Shown: positions 23,130-33,795 of the stretch, in pieces
Layout: every line of letters begins with the position of its first letter
How positions within the stretch are numbered: the first letter of the stretch is position 1
NCBI GenBank assembly: GCA_013265495.1
Contig: MU057833.1
Location: 1-33,795, forward strand
From: Vicugna vicugna
Lineage: Eukaryota
Direction: 5' to 3'
Length of the DNA: 33,795 nt
Made by a program: the position numbers and the translations under genes
Notes under the pieces: generated by a model
What the model was told of the DNA's origin: nothing
Seen by the model: only the letters and a program-made list of their open reading frames with translations
The model's database searches: none

Positions 23130-26100
23130 TGACAGAGAGGACCTTCTGTGTCTGAAATGTCTCAAGTGTGTTGGGAAGGTATGTAAAACTATTTTAAAGT
23201 ATAACTTTTAAAGATCTCATGTACTAGAAAAAACGGAAAGGAATTTCACGAAGCAAAAATTAAGGAAAGAGGGAACTCATAAAATAAGAAGACCACAGAG
23301 TCTGCTTCTATTCTGAAGATACTTGTCAAACCCAGTGAACATAAACTTTGGGTTTTTTTATTGCCTCACAGAACATGTAAGGGAGAAAAAAAAAAGTCAG
23401 CTTTGCACACAAAGGAGGCTAAGAGGAGAAATCTCTCTATAAAGCGGAGGCCCCCAAAGGGCTAAATTTTGTGGGTAGGTACAACAGAAATAAACCTTCC
23501 ATCCCTTAGGAGACTCCAAAGAGAATATTCAGTGATGAAACTTGCTGCTGAATATAAAGGGGAAAAAAACCCATCCTGAGAATTTATAACAATAACACGT
23601 CTCCCCTATGGCTTTGAAGTACAAATTTATTCTATCTGAACAGTCTAGAAAAAAAAAAAAAAAGCCAATAATTTGTGGCAAAGCAACACCTGATATATAA
23701 TTTCCCAGAAATAGGCAGAAGTAAATCCTCTCCGAAAGGACCTACCTTGAATTTAGTCTTAAAGATTTTGCATAGGTATAGTGTCAGGTACTATGACCTG
23801 CCAGACAGAAAAACAAAATATAAAAGGAAATAATGCTTTATGAGTAATACTTGACTTACTTTTACGCACACCCAGATATGCAAATTTCTCAGATAACAGC
23901 ATTACAGAATCAGAAGACAAAATGATTATTTTTAATATACTTTAGAAAAGAAGAAATTTAAAAATATGTTTAAAAGTAAGATACTATATAAATTGCCTAA
24001 GGACAATTTCTTTTTTAATTAAGAAGAACTTATAAAATTAAAAAGTATGTAATAGAATCTTAAAACACAGCAAGCTAAAAATAACAGATTAAGCTCATTT
24101 GATAAGAGAATTAAAGAGATGTGGAATATAAAATTAAAGAAACCATACAGAATGCTAAACAGAAACTATAAAATAAATAAAAAGTATGAACAACTAAGAG
24201 GCATGGAGTACATAAGGAGAGCATTTAATATATTTACAAAAGAGGGAGAATGATATAGAAAAATAATTGAATATCTCATGGCTGAGAAGCTTTCAGACAT
24301 GATGAATGACAACAACCAGTAGATTCGAAAAGTCCAAATAATTTCAAGCATGATAAAAAATAGATATTTGTAAAAGTTGACCAAACATTTGGCCAAATAT
24401 CAATAATACCATAAAGCAAGTACCATAAAGTAAGTACCAATAACTCTCAAAGGATTGATAGCATATAATCTTATCACCATGCAATTTAGTTAGATGTTAA
24501 TAACAAGGAGATAACCAGTTAAATACCATATATTTTGAAAGTAAGCAATAATCGTCCAATAAACTCCTGTTAGTATCTGCAAATCTCAGACTCGCAATTT
24601 ATCCCTTCCAATCTCCTTCCCCTCGTCCCCAGTAGCCATAAGATTGTTTTCTATGTCTGAGTTTGTTTCTGTTTTATAAATAAGTTCATTTGCCTTTTTC
24701 TTTTTTAGATTCCACATATAAGTGATACCATATGGTATTTTTCTTTCTCTTTCTAACTTACTTCACTTAGAATGACAGTCTTCAGGTCCATCCACGTTGC
24801 TGCAAATGGCGTTATTTTATTCTTTTATGGCTGAATAGTATTCCATTGTATAAATATACCACAACATCTTTATCCAGTCATCTGTTGATGGACATTAAGG
24901 TTGATTCCATGTTTGGCTATTGTAAACAATGCTGCTATGGACATAGGGGTGCATGTATCTTTTTGAATTAAGTTTCCTTCTGGATATATGCCCAGGAGTG
25001 GGATTTCTGGTTCATACAGAAAGTCTATTTTTAGTCTTCTGAGGAATCTCCATACTGTTTTCTGTAACGGCTGCAACAAACTGCATTCCCACCAGCAGTG
25101 TAGGAGGGCTCCTGAACGAGATCCTTGATTGGGATTTGTGTGTGTTGCATCTTTCTCCTGTTCAAAGTAAAAGGATTTCAATCATAAAGAGCTTGCTATT
25201 CCTAGTGAAACTTAGACTAGAAGATGTTGAAGTGACTTTATCTTTTTTTTTAATTCATCAGACTTTATTAACACATAACTAGATTTTGTCTTTGCTTTAC
25301 TGTTGTCATTTTTTAATATAATCAATTATTTAAAATACTATTTTTATTTTTTCTTTTAGTTTTTTGGTTGTTGTTGCACTTTAATCTTTGTTGGTCAATT
25401 TTTCCTTTTGATTACCCGTATCTGAAAATGTCATATTTACCACTGGGAGACAAGGAGGCGACAGAATTACACACTTTCCTGTCTGTTCCTGAACTGAGTA
25501 ATAGTTGCTCAGTGACTAATCACCAATAGACTTTGAAAAGAAAAGCGGCATTATTATGCAATTACTCACAGCTAATGTATTCTCATAATTGAAATTTTAA
25601 TTGTGTTGTTGGAGGACTTTTTTTTAATTTAAATAAGAAATAAAATTTATGTATATCAGAGGAATGCAAAGCAAGACTGCCTGAATATTAATAGCAAATA
25701 TTGAAAAATACAAATCTGGTTCCTTAAAAGACTAATAACATTGACAAAACTCCAATAATATTGGTAAAGCAAGGGAGAAGACTAACACATACACACACAC
25801 ATACACACAATGTCATAATGATGGTGACATTATATGTGGTTAAAAAAACCTAAAAGAATATTATAAAAATATAATAGCAATAAATTAAAAGCTTATACAA
25901 AATGATTAAATTCCTGGAAGCTTAGCTTCTCAAAATGAAACCAAAACGAAATTTAAAAATCTAAAATGTCTCATAATCTCTGCAAAGTTGAAAGAGAAGC
26001 TTTAAATTTCTTTCAAATAAAACATTAGATGCAGTAGGTTATACTGCCAAATTCTACTAAAATGCAGATAACAAATTGCGAATCTTTCACCATCTGACCC

Positions 26101-27195
26101 AGATATAAAAATCTGATAGCAAACAACCTGCCACGTCATGAAATATGAGAGCTTTCTGTTAAATGATAAAGACAAGTTGCACATTCCATCAGCACGGCTC
26201 TAGTCAGCACTGCACTGAAACGCCCTAGCGAGCCCAATAAGGCCAGAAAAAAATAAAAGATTTAAAATGGAGTAACAAAAATTTAATATAATTATTTGTA
26301 TGGAATCGTACACAATCTACGAATTATTAGAATTAATGAGTTTAGCAAGTCACTGGATACAAAATATTTATCAGTTTATCTATTGTGTGTATGTATATTA
26401 TAGTCTGCATACATTTACATTATATACACATATGACAACAGATAAATCATTTTTCAAAAATACCATCTATAGTCTAATTGTATTGTAATGTAGTTAAGAA
26501 TTAATCCAAAATAATTTACAAGAGAAAACTGTAAAATGTTGTTTAAAGATATTTACTCATACCTAAATATATTTAGAGAATCCAATTCTGTCCATGGATA
26601 GGAAACATGTTAATTCTCACACTTTATATTTAGATTCAATGCAGTTCTAACCAGAAACTTCAGTCTTATTTATTTATCAGAACGTTCAGACTAATTCTAT
26701 AATTACATGGAAGAAAAAAAATCCATGAATAGCCAAGCCTATACTTCAAAAAACTAATGGATGTTCCTGGAAGCAATGATGACAAAGTGCTATTGTTACA
26801 GAGATCAGCAATATGACACATTTCAACCCATACATTTTTTGCAAACTAGATTTATGATAAATCTGTAAATGTAGATGAAAATAGAATAATTACAGAACAG
26901 TTCTTTATTTTAACAAATAGTCCTGGGACAACTGACTACTAGTTTGCTACACATAAAGCAATGAAATTGTGCCATACCTAAAGCCATACATAAAAATCAT
27001 GTCTAGGTGATTTAAAAAGAAGAAGAAGAAATAAAAGGAAGCTTTTTTGGAAGACAATAGAAGAGAAGATTATTATGATTTTAATTGGAGAACTATTTCT
27101 GGAACAAGTCACAAAATGTATAAGCTGTAAAGGAACATATATTAAACTCATATAAGTTGACATTAAAATTTCCTGTTCATCAAAAGAGAGACACC
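23130..27195 (+). mobile_element. Ancient degraded L1 (5' region, ORF1 and ORF2 remnants), interrupted at about 24569-25620
   Basis: A-rich strand bias. ORF2-like remnants at 24465-24567 (region normally encoding DHNAIKLEIN...LNNSW), 25705-25760 (SWFxxKxNxIDK) and 26590-26750 (catggataggaa...agattcaatgca...atagccaa). Boundaries approximate. Confidence 0.72.
24569..25110 (-). mobile_element. Young L1 fragment truncated at both ends
   Basis: ORF 24870-25181 has [28 protein letters not shown]...IPLLGIYP. Lacks the last part of the 3' UTR and the poly(A). Confidence 0.92.
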
Positions 27196-29799
27196 ATAGC
27201 CTGGTATAATATTGGGCGCTAAAGAAATAACTAAATGATTTTCAAAGTCAAATGGGATGATGCCAACACACAATCTGGATGGATATACTAAGGTTAGAGG
27301 GATAGATGCCAGTTTGGAAGAGAAACCCATGCTTATTACACTATCTTTAGAGTTAGAAAAACTTGAATTCAAATTTAAATATTAACCATGTAAATAAAAA
27401 TGTTGAAAGGATGGACAGTGAACAGGATTGGAAATCATATGGTTTTATGTGTCTGATGTATTCAAGAACATCTTGTTTTCTTTCATCCCACAGAACCTCA
27501 CACAATGATTGGCACACAGAAATTATTTGCAATTTCTTACTGAATTCTCAGAAAACACAATTACATACCTAAAACTAATGCACAAAATTATGGGGTCAAA
27601 TAAAATTTCAGAGATATTGAGATTTCCAATATTCTGTATTCTTTTGAAATTATTTTATTCATCATGGCACGAGATGTCTGACTTGTTGACTAAGTGTTCT
27701 AAATCAAGGTGAAGAGATTGCTTAGAAATTCTATAAAGGAGTATTTCTCACACATCACAGAAATCCAATGTTCCACTGAAGCCTTATAAATTGTGTAGGA
27801 TGCATTATTTTATTTTTCTTATAAATACGGAAGTGTACATAAGAAAATTTCTGCAACTGTGTGAATAGTGAATAACTTTGGAGGAAAGAGGTCAGTGCTT
27901 GATTTTAGGTTTTCTGATTTCATAAGTTGCTCTCGGGATTTATACTTCCTTTTGTTTTTCTTTCCTTTCACTTTTGTTTCATTTTTCTTCCCTTTTATGT
28001 ATTTTATTTTGTAGCCAGACATACCACAACAGCAGTGGCAGCTTCATATAATTACTTTAGTTGTTTAAACAGCAAGCCATAAAGCCGTTTAAAAGCAATT
28101 TTAGTCTTTAGCAGGGAATAGGTTTTACTGCAAACTTACATTGTTGCTCACAGCTATTAAGTGTAATGGGAACTTAGGAGAGGACTTTGGTCTGGATCGT
28201 TATGTCTCCTTGTATCCATTGTATGCCTAGCCAGCGTTAGAATTTTGCCCACAAGATAACAAAAGAAATTTGAACAGAAGCAATTAAAAGATACGGAAAA
28301 ACGCAACACCTCTTTATTATCTTCCAGGTACCACTGGAATTGCCCAGGACATTAAGCGATAATGATGTAGTTACAGTTATTTGCCAATCAAAGTGATTCC
28401 TGAGGAAGCACAGAGACATTTATTTCCAGGCTTTGAAGGCTATTATACTGGATTTGGAAAATAAAGCAGCCGTTGATAGAATTGTCTCCATGGTACCGCT
28501 GATGCCAGGCTCCTGCAGAGGTTCAGCACACATGGGCTAAGTTTGTACGCCAGTGATGGAGATTAACCCGCTTCCCGTGTTGTTTCATAATGTCAACTTC
28601 CCTAGAGTTTTTCCCTTGTCCTTTCCTTTTTCCCTCCTCTTTCTCTCTTTTTATTAATTTTGTGATTTTCTGTGCCTTACTCTGCTCTTCTTACTTCCTT
28701 TCTTTTTCTATAGTTGAATGAAACTCCATTATAGGCACACAGGGCATCTGATCCTGCCACGTGCTTGTATATGTCACTGTTACAAACATATTCACTTTAC
28801 ACTACAGGTTTCTTTCTCATTTCTTCTTGTTCTTCTAACAATTAAGTATGATTTTAGCTTTTTTTCCTTATCTTTTTGCCTCTTCTTCATACACTCTCTT
28901 GTACTTATTTTAATCCCTTCCTTCACAATGATCTTGCTTCCCAAAGTCCAATTCATTGGGAACTTCGTTGAAAGTTCCTAAGGTAAGATACTGTGTTTTG
29001 CTTTTTCTTAACCTCCATCCCATCCATTATTTCAACATTTTATGTGTCACTTCCTGGAGATGCCCAGTTAAAACAAGTGGATAAGTCTACATCATTTTTA
29101 ATTTTGTTTCCCAAGTCCACCTAAAGACAAACTGAATCCACTGTATGAATGCTGTAGAGTCCTCTGCTATGTCCTGTCCCTCCATGCTTTTCCTTTTTCT
29201 ACCCTTACCTTCTCTAAGTAGAAATCCTTTTCTCACTCAAGTGAGAGCTCAAGCATGGTCCCTCTCCAGCCTCTCCTTTCCAGCTCATAGTCATACATCG
29301 GTTAGTGTCAGCCCTCTATGTTTGCAGAGTCTGCACCTCTTTCTTGATCCTGTTTAGATGCTTAAGATTTTTTTTAATTGACTCAAGTTGACTAAAGAAA
29401 AATAAATAAATGTATCCAATACTAGCCTTCTTGAGTGCAATGTTTACATCTCAAAGATCTTTTGTTTCCCACACACACCCTGGACACAAACACATACATG
29501 AGTATATAAGCAGTTTATGACTAATTAAACATCTCTTTTCCTGCCTACGTGAACACTGACAAGCAGTAGTAAAATTAAAACAAAAAATAGGTAACATTGG
29601 AGTTAAATGCAGTTGTCCTGATTTCTAGACCCAGCTTTTATGTCTCATTAATCATTTCAGAATGTAAGCTTGGTCAGATATAAATAATGATTTTTTGCCC
29701 ACTTGATCTCAGAGTTTTCTTAGCTAATTTCATCATTGTCTAACCATGGAAATAAATACCATTAAGATTTACAACAGTCTGTAAACAAAATTGTATTAC

Positions 29800-30360
29800 A
29801 TATCATTTATGCACCAGGCACTGACTTAGGGACTGGATATATTTATCAACAAGATAAATAAAGTGCCTGACTTTGAACAAATGTTATTTTGAATGGGGGA
29901 GATGGGTAATAAATACTTCATTAAAATAGTTATTTAATCAGATATTGGTAAGTGTTAGAAACAATTCAATGGGATAATGGATGCAGAATGGCAGAGGAGA
30001 GCTTTATTAAACACCAAGTAGACAGCAAGTTGAGCTGAGTGATGAGAAGTTGAGTCATTTAAGCTGACCTGAGTGATAAGAAGTAGTCAGTGAAAATTTG
30101 GGAAAGAAGATTTCAAGCAGAAGGATGGCAAGTGTTGTGTCCCTGGTGAAGGAGAAAGCCAACACATCCGAAAAGATATAACACTTAGGATTTGGTTTTT
30201 ACATTAAGTGGTATGGAGACCACTGAACATTTTTAAACAAGGAGGCAGGGCATGTTTATGTTTTTTAAAAACTTCACTTTTACTACTATTTGAAGAAGCT
30301 CTTTGGGATGGTGAGGAGGAAGAGGGAAGCCAAAGAAACCAGGAGAGAGGTCTTTATAGA
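29800..30360 (-). mobile_element. L2 fragment
   Basis: tatgcaccaggcactg...tttaagctgacctgagtgataagaag...atttcaagcagaagga...gaccactgaacatttttaaaca. Confidence 0.65.
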
Positions 30361-30368
30361 GAATACAG

Positions 30369-30382
30369 AGAAGAAGGAAGGA

Positions 30383-30477
<95 letters not shown>

Positions 30478-30487
30478 AGGAAGAAAG

Positions 30488-30565
<78 letters not shown>

Positions 30566-30646
30566 GAAGGAAGGAAGGAAGGAAGGAAGGAAGAAAGAGA
30601 AAGAAAGGAAGGAAGGAAGGAAGAAAGACAGAAAAAGAAAGAAAGA
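30369..30646. repeat. Compound purine microsatellite (GA)n-(GAAA)n-(GGAA)n
   Basis: Directly visible. Explains the four low-complexity ORFs at 30208-30791. Confidence 0.98.
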
Positions 30647-31499
30647 CATTATTCAATTTGTCATAGCTCAAGTAGTTACTGTGGGAAAATCTAGCCACCT
30701 CTTTATAATTGGTTGTTCTTAAGTTTCCTTTTCTTGGATGCAAGTGCGTTGACCCTGGCTCAGGTTTCCTGTTGCCTGAGGAGGCTACCACAGCATTAGA
30801 GTCAATTTAACACTTCATACAGTGTCTGCAGAATCAGTGCACGCCCTCTCTGATGAGCTGTGTACGCAATGCATCCAGCAGGAGACGTTCGCTGAACTGT
30901 TCGGCACAGGACCATCCAGAGTCTGACAGTGAAACAGACCAAGGTTGTTTCGGAAGTTCTGCCTGCCTTTTGAACTACCCCCTCCCTTTTGGAAACTTCT
31001 TTCTCAGATACCCTGGGTTTTTCTTCTCTCATATTTGAAACTTAATTTGTCCATTTTCTTACAACTTTGCCTTTTTAAATCAAGTTGTGTGGCTAATAGA
31101 CCACGCTATGTCAACTCTAACCTTAGCTCAGACAACCACCCACAGAAAGAAACCCATCAGACAGTTACACAAAGATGTCTTTTAAAGGACTCTAGTTCTC
31201 ATTTGAGCAATAAATAGAGACTGCCTTAAATCACGTGTATGATGGAAGAGAAAGGCCACACAACAAAGCTGTATGGGGAGGCCCGCTGGCACAGAGCAAC
31301 GATTTTTTTTCATGGCGGCTAGCCAGATATCCTCAAAGTTTGATTCATTTTCTTAGAAAATACTGTAAAGTGTGGGCTCTATTGATGATAATATATGCTA
31401 ACAAAATTAATATAAGCACATTGTGCCTTATCTAGGTGAACACTAAAAGTAGGATTTATGCCTGCCCTTAATTTGTTATGGTGGCTTAGAAATTCTTTC

Positions 31500-31930
31500 A
31501 CGTTTAGTCTCTGCTCACATCTCCCAGTTTACCAACCTCATTCCTCGGTCACTTTTCCAGCCACTTCCAACTATTTACACTAATTGCAATTTTTCAAATG
31601 TATTATTCATTTTCTTACCCTTTGCACATAATATTCTTCTGATTCTTGGAACATCCATGCTTACATCCTATCCTCCTTGAATTCTACTAGTGTGTCTTAC
31701 CCGTCTTTGGCCCACAAAGACCAGAGGTATGGCCTCCAACGTGACATCCCAAACGCTGTCTTTTGTATGGTGTATCCATTACCTTATGGTGTTTAACTAA
31801 CTGCTTAGTATTGTTGTTTTAATTTTTACTGTGAACTATTTAAAAAAAGATTCTTATTCATAGTTGTATTTCCAGTGTCTTTTACAAAGAGTTGTTCTTA
31901 CATATTTCTGGTTTTGTTGAATAAACACTT
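31500..31930 (+). mobile_element. Degraded L2
   Basis: cctttgcacataatattctt...ttggaac...ctgtgaactattt...ttgtatttccagtgtct...gttgaataaa. Confidence 0.5.
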
Positions 31931-33179
31931 AGTACAAAGTAAGTTCTAACTTTACAAATGGTTTTTATAGGATGTTTGTTTTAATTATATACAACATTTA
32001 GTATTTTATTATTATTTCTCTTATTTTTCTCATTTATATTTTATCTCTTTGTGGAGAAAACTTACCTTTTATGTTTTTTGAATACCCCATGGATCCTGGG
32101 ATAGCTGGAAACTCATAGGTGGTGTTTAAAATACTGGCTATTTAATTAATTAAACAAACAAAATAATATGCCAGTAAATTAATAAGTATATCCATCAAAA
32201 TGAGTACTTGAAGCTGTTCAGACAAGGTACAGGATAAATGACTAACAATTTAATCATCTGATTAAGTTTTTTTGTTTTTTTTTTTGTACAGTACTTCATT
32301 CTAACGATAAGAGAGAGAGAGATTCTTTGAGCAAAAGACTCACTCTGGGAATTAGATATAATCAGTCACCATGTTATTGGGAAGAGGGGCCTGAAAAAAA
32401 TGAATTTTTAGTGAGAGACAGAAAGCGTGATATGAACAGAAGCCTGTATTTGTGAAGTGGAAAGGAAGTAAAATACAGCACACCCCCGAGAACTGGAGGC
32501 CGGCCAGTCCAAGAGAGGACAAATGGCGCTGCGCCTTTGCTTCGCGTGTCCTATATCCTGGTAGGGGGGGCGTTTTTTGTGATTGACTGACAGCTCACGT
32601 TCCTTGTGCTCAGACACGCCCATCTCTTTTACAGATATTTTACCCACGATGCACACGGAGAAACCTGTGGGAGGGGTTCTATCTACAATGTTCATCATAT
32701 TATAACGAACCCTGGGTCAGGTGAAGCTGGGTCCTCTCTACTGCGCAGCTGCAGCATTCAATTCCAGCAGGCTTCTCTGCTGGCCTTCATTTAAAGGAAA
32801 CATTTTTGGAGCCCCTTATCCTGAGCACAGGCATACTGTTTTCTTGGTTGCTCCCTCCGTTTCCCCCCTTGCCCAGTGCTCATTTCTATCTAACTGCCCT
32901 ACAACCAGAATGATTTTCCATTAGCTAAAGATGGTTTTAGATACTTTTGGTTAACAATACACACAAAAAGAACACAACTGTTGAATATGAATTTTTCTTG
33001 AAGCTTTTGTTTACTTTATTAAAGAAATTATAAATGACAAGTCATGATAAACTCTCATTATGTGTATCTTTAGTGACATTTCTATTCAGAGGAATACAAA
33101 TACAACAATAATAACAATGCTTTATTTAGCATATGATTTTAAACTACCTGTAACTTCATTTCTTTTCATGTTTTACATA

Positions 33180-33655
33180 AGTAAGTCTGTTAAATACCTA
33201 TATGTATGGAAATAATATTATTTACTGCTCAAAAAATAATAGTGATAATTTAAAAGATCCAAATGATAATAAAGTATTAAATTTCAAAACTTATGAGATG
33301 CAGCAAGTGTAGTACCTGAGGGAAATAGTTGGCTTTGGGACAGCTACTAAAATAGATTCGGCTGAGATCAAATAAGAGAAAAAAGAGACAGGATTTAAAA
33401 ATAAGACATTACTACAAATACAGCAGAAATTAAAGAACTAGAAGAAATTTTGTATAATTTTACAGCAAAATTTTTGAAAAGTTAAGCAAAATGGATAAAT
33501 TACAGGAAAAAAAACTTACCAAGAGTTACCCAAGGCAAAGTAGACAGTGTAACTATATATATAATCATTAAAGAAATTGAGTAAGCAGTTTAAAAATCTC
33601 TCTTCTTTCAAAGTAAAGAAAGGATGGTTTTCAGATGGTTTACATTTTCAAAATA
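33180..33655 (+). mobile_element. Ancient L1 ORF2 fragment
   Basis: gacattactacaaatacagcagaaattaaaga...aaatggataaatt...aaagaaattga, matching the DITTxxxEIK / EMDKF / KEIE region. Confidence 0.7.
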
Positions 33656-33795
33656 TGGATCTTCTGGGGGGTGGGATATGTAATTATTTTTAATAAAAAA
33701 TTATTTTTCTCCAACAACTGGTTTGCACATGGAGGGCCGTGACCCATGGTCAATTCTCAAATACGGGCAACTGTTTGGACCCGCGGACACCCCCC

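Noticed and set aside
21977..24438. Short tandem duplications (21977-22010, 24407-24438) as an array or CRISPR-like structure
   Set aside because: Two to three adjacent copies with no spacers; ordinary slippage in eukaryotic DNA.
30208..30791. Longest ORFs (134-152 aa; KERK- and SFFL-rich)
   Set aside because: They are translations of the (GAAA)n microsatellite.
30851..30926. Box C/D snoRNA (TGATGA...CTGA...CTGA)
   Set aside because: Box C lacks the leading purine, there is no terminal stem, and I see no rRNA guide match or host intron.

Overview
AT-rich mammalian non-coding DNA with one 152-nt assembly gap (11208-11359). No host protein-coding gene or canonical RNA gene can be supported. 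The ORF track is explained by L1 ORF2 fragments, a purine microsatellite and chance. Repeat content (repeated copies of one young L1 3' UTR; no recognisable Alu, Bov-A/B, PRE-1 or carnivore SINEs) suggests a cetartiodactyl, probably a camelid; this is an inference. Bases 1.8-20.6 kb are a dense nest of ERV1-class elements. They include a two-LTR non-autonomous provirus (Lys-type PBS, dead gag MA) inside a MER34-like LTR, a minus-strand MER41-like provirus remnant (Arg-type PBS), and several solo LTRs nested in one another. The main oddities are: a young-looking family carrying an old L1MC-type 3' end; two L1 pieces with twin-priming geometry but separated by 460 bp; an apparent captured DNA fragment inside an ancient L1; a degenerate hammerhead-like motif; and a few repeat-free patches that may be regulatory. 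Repeat family names come from recall of consensus sequences, not from a database search.
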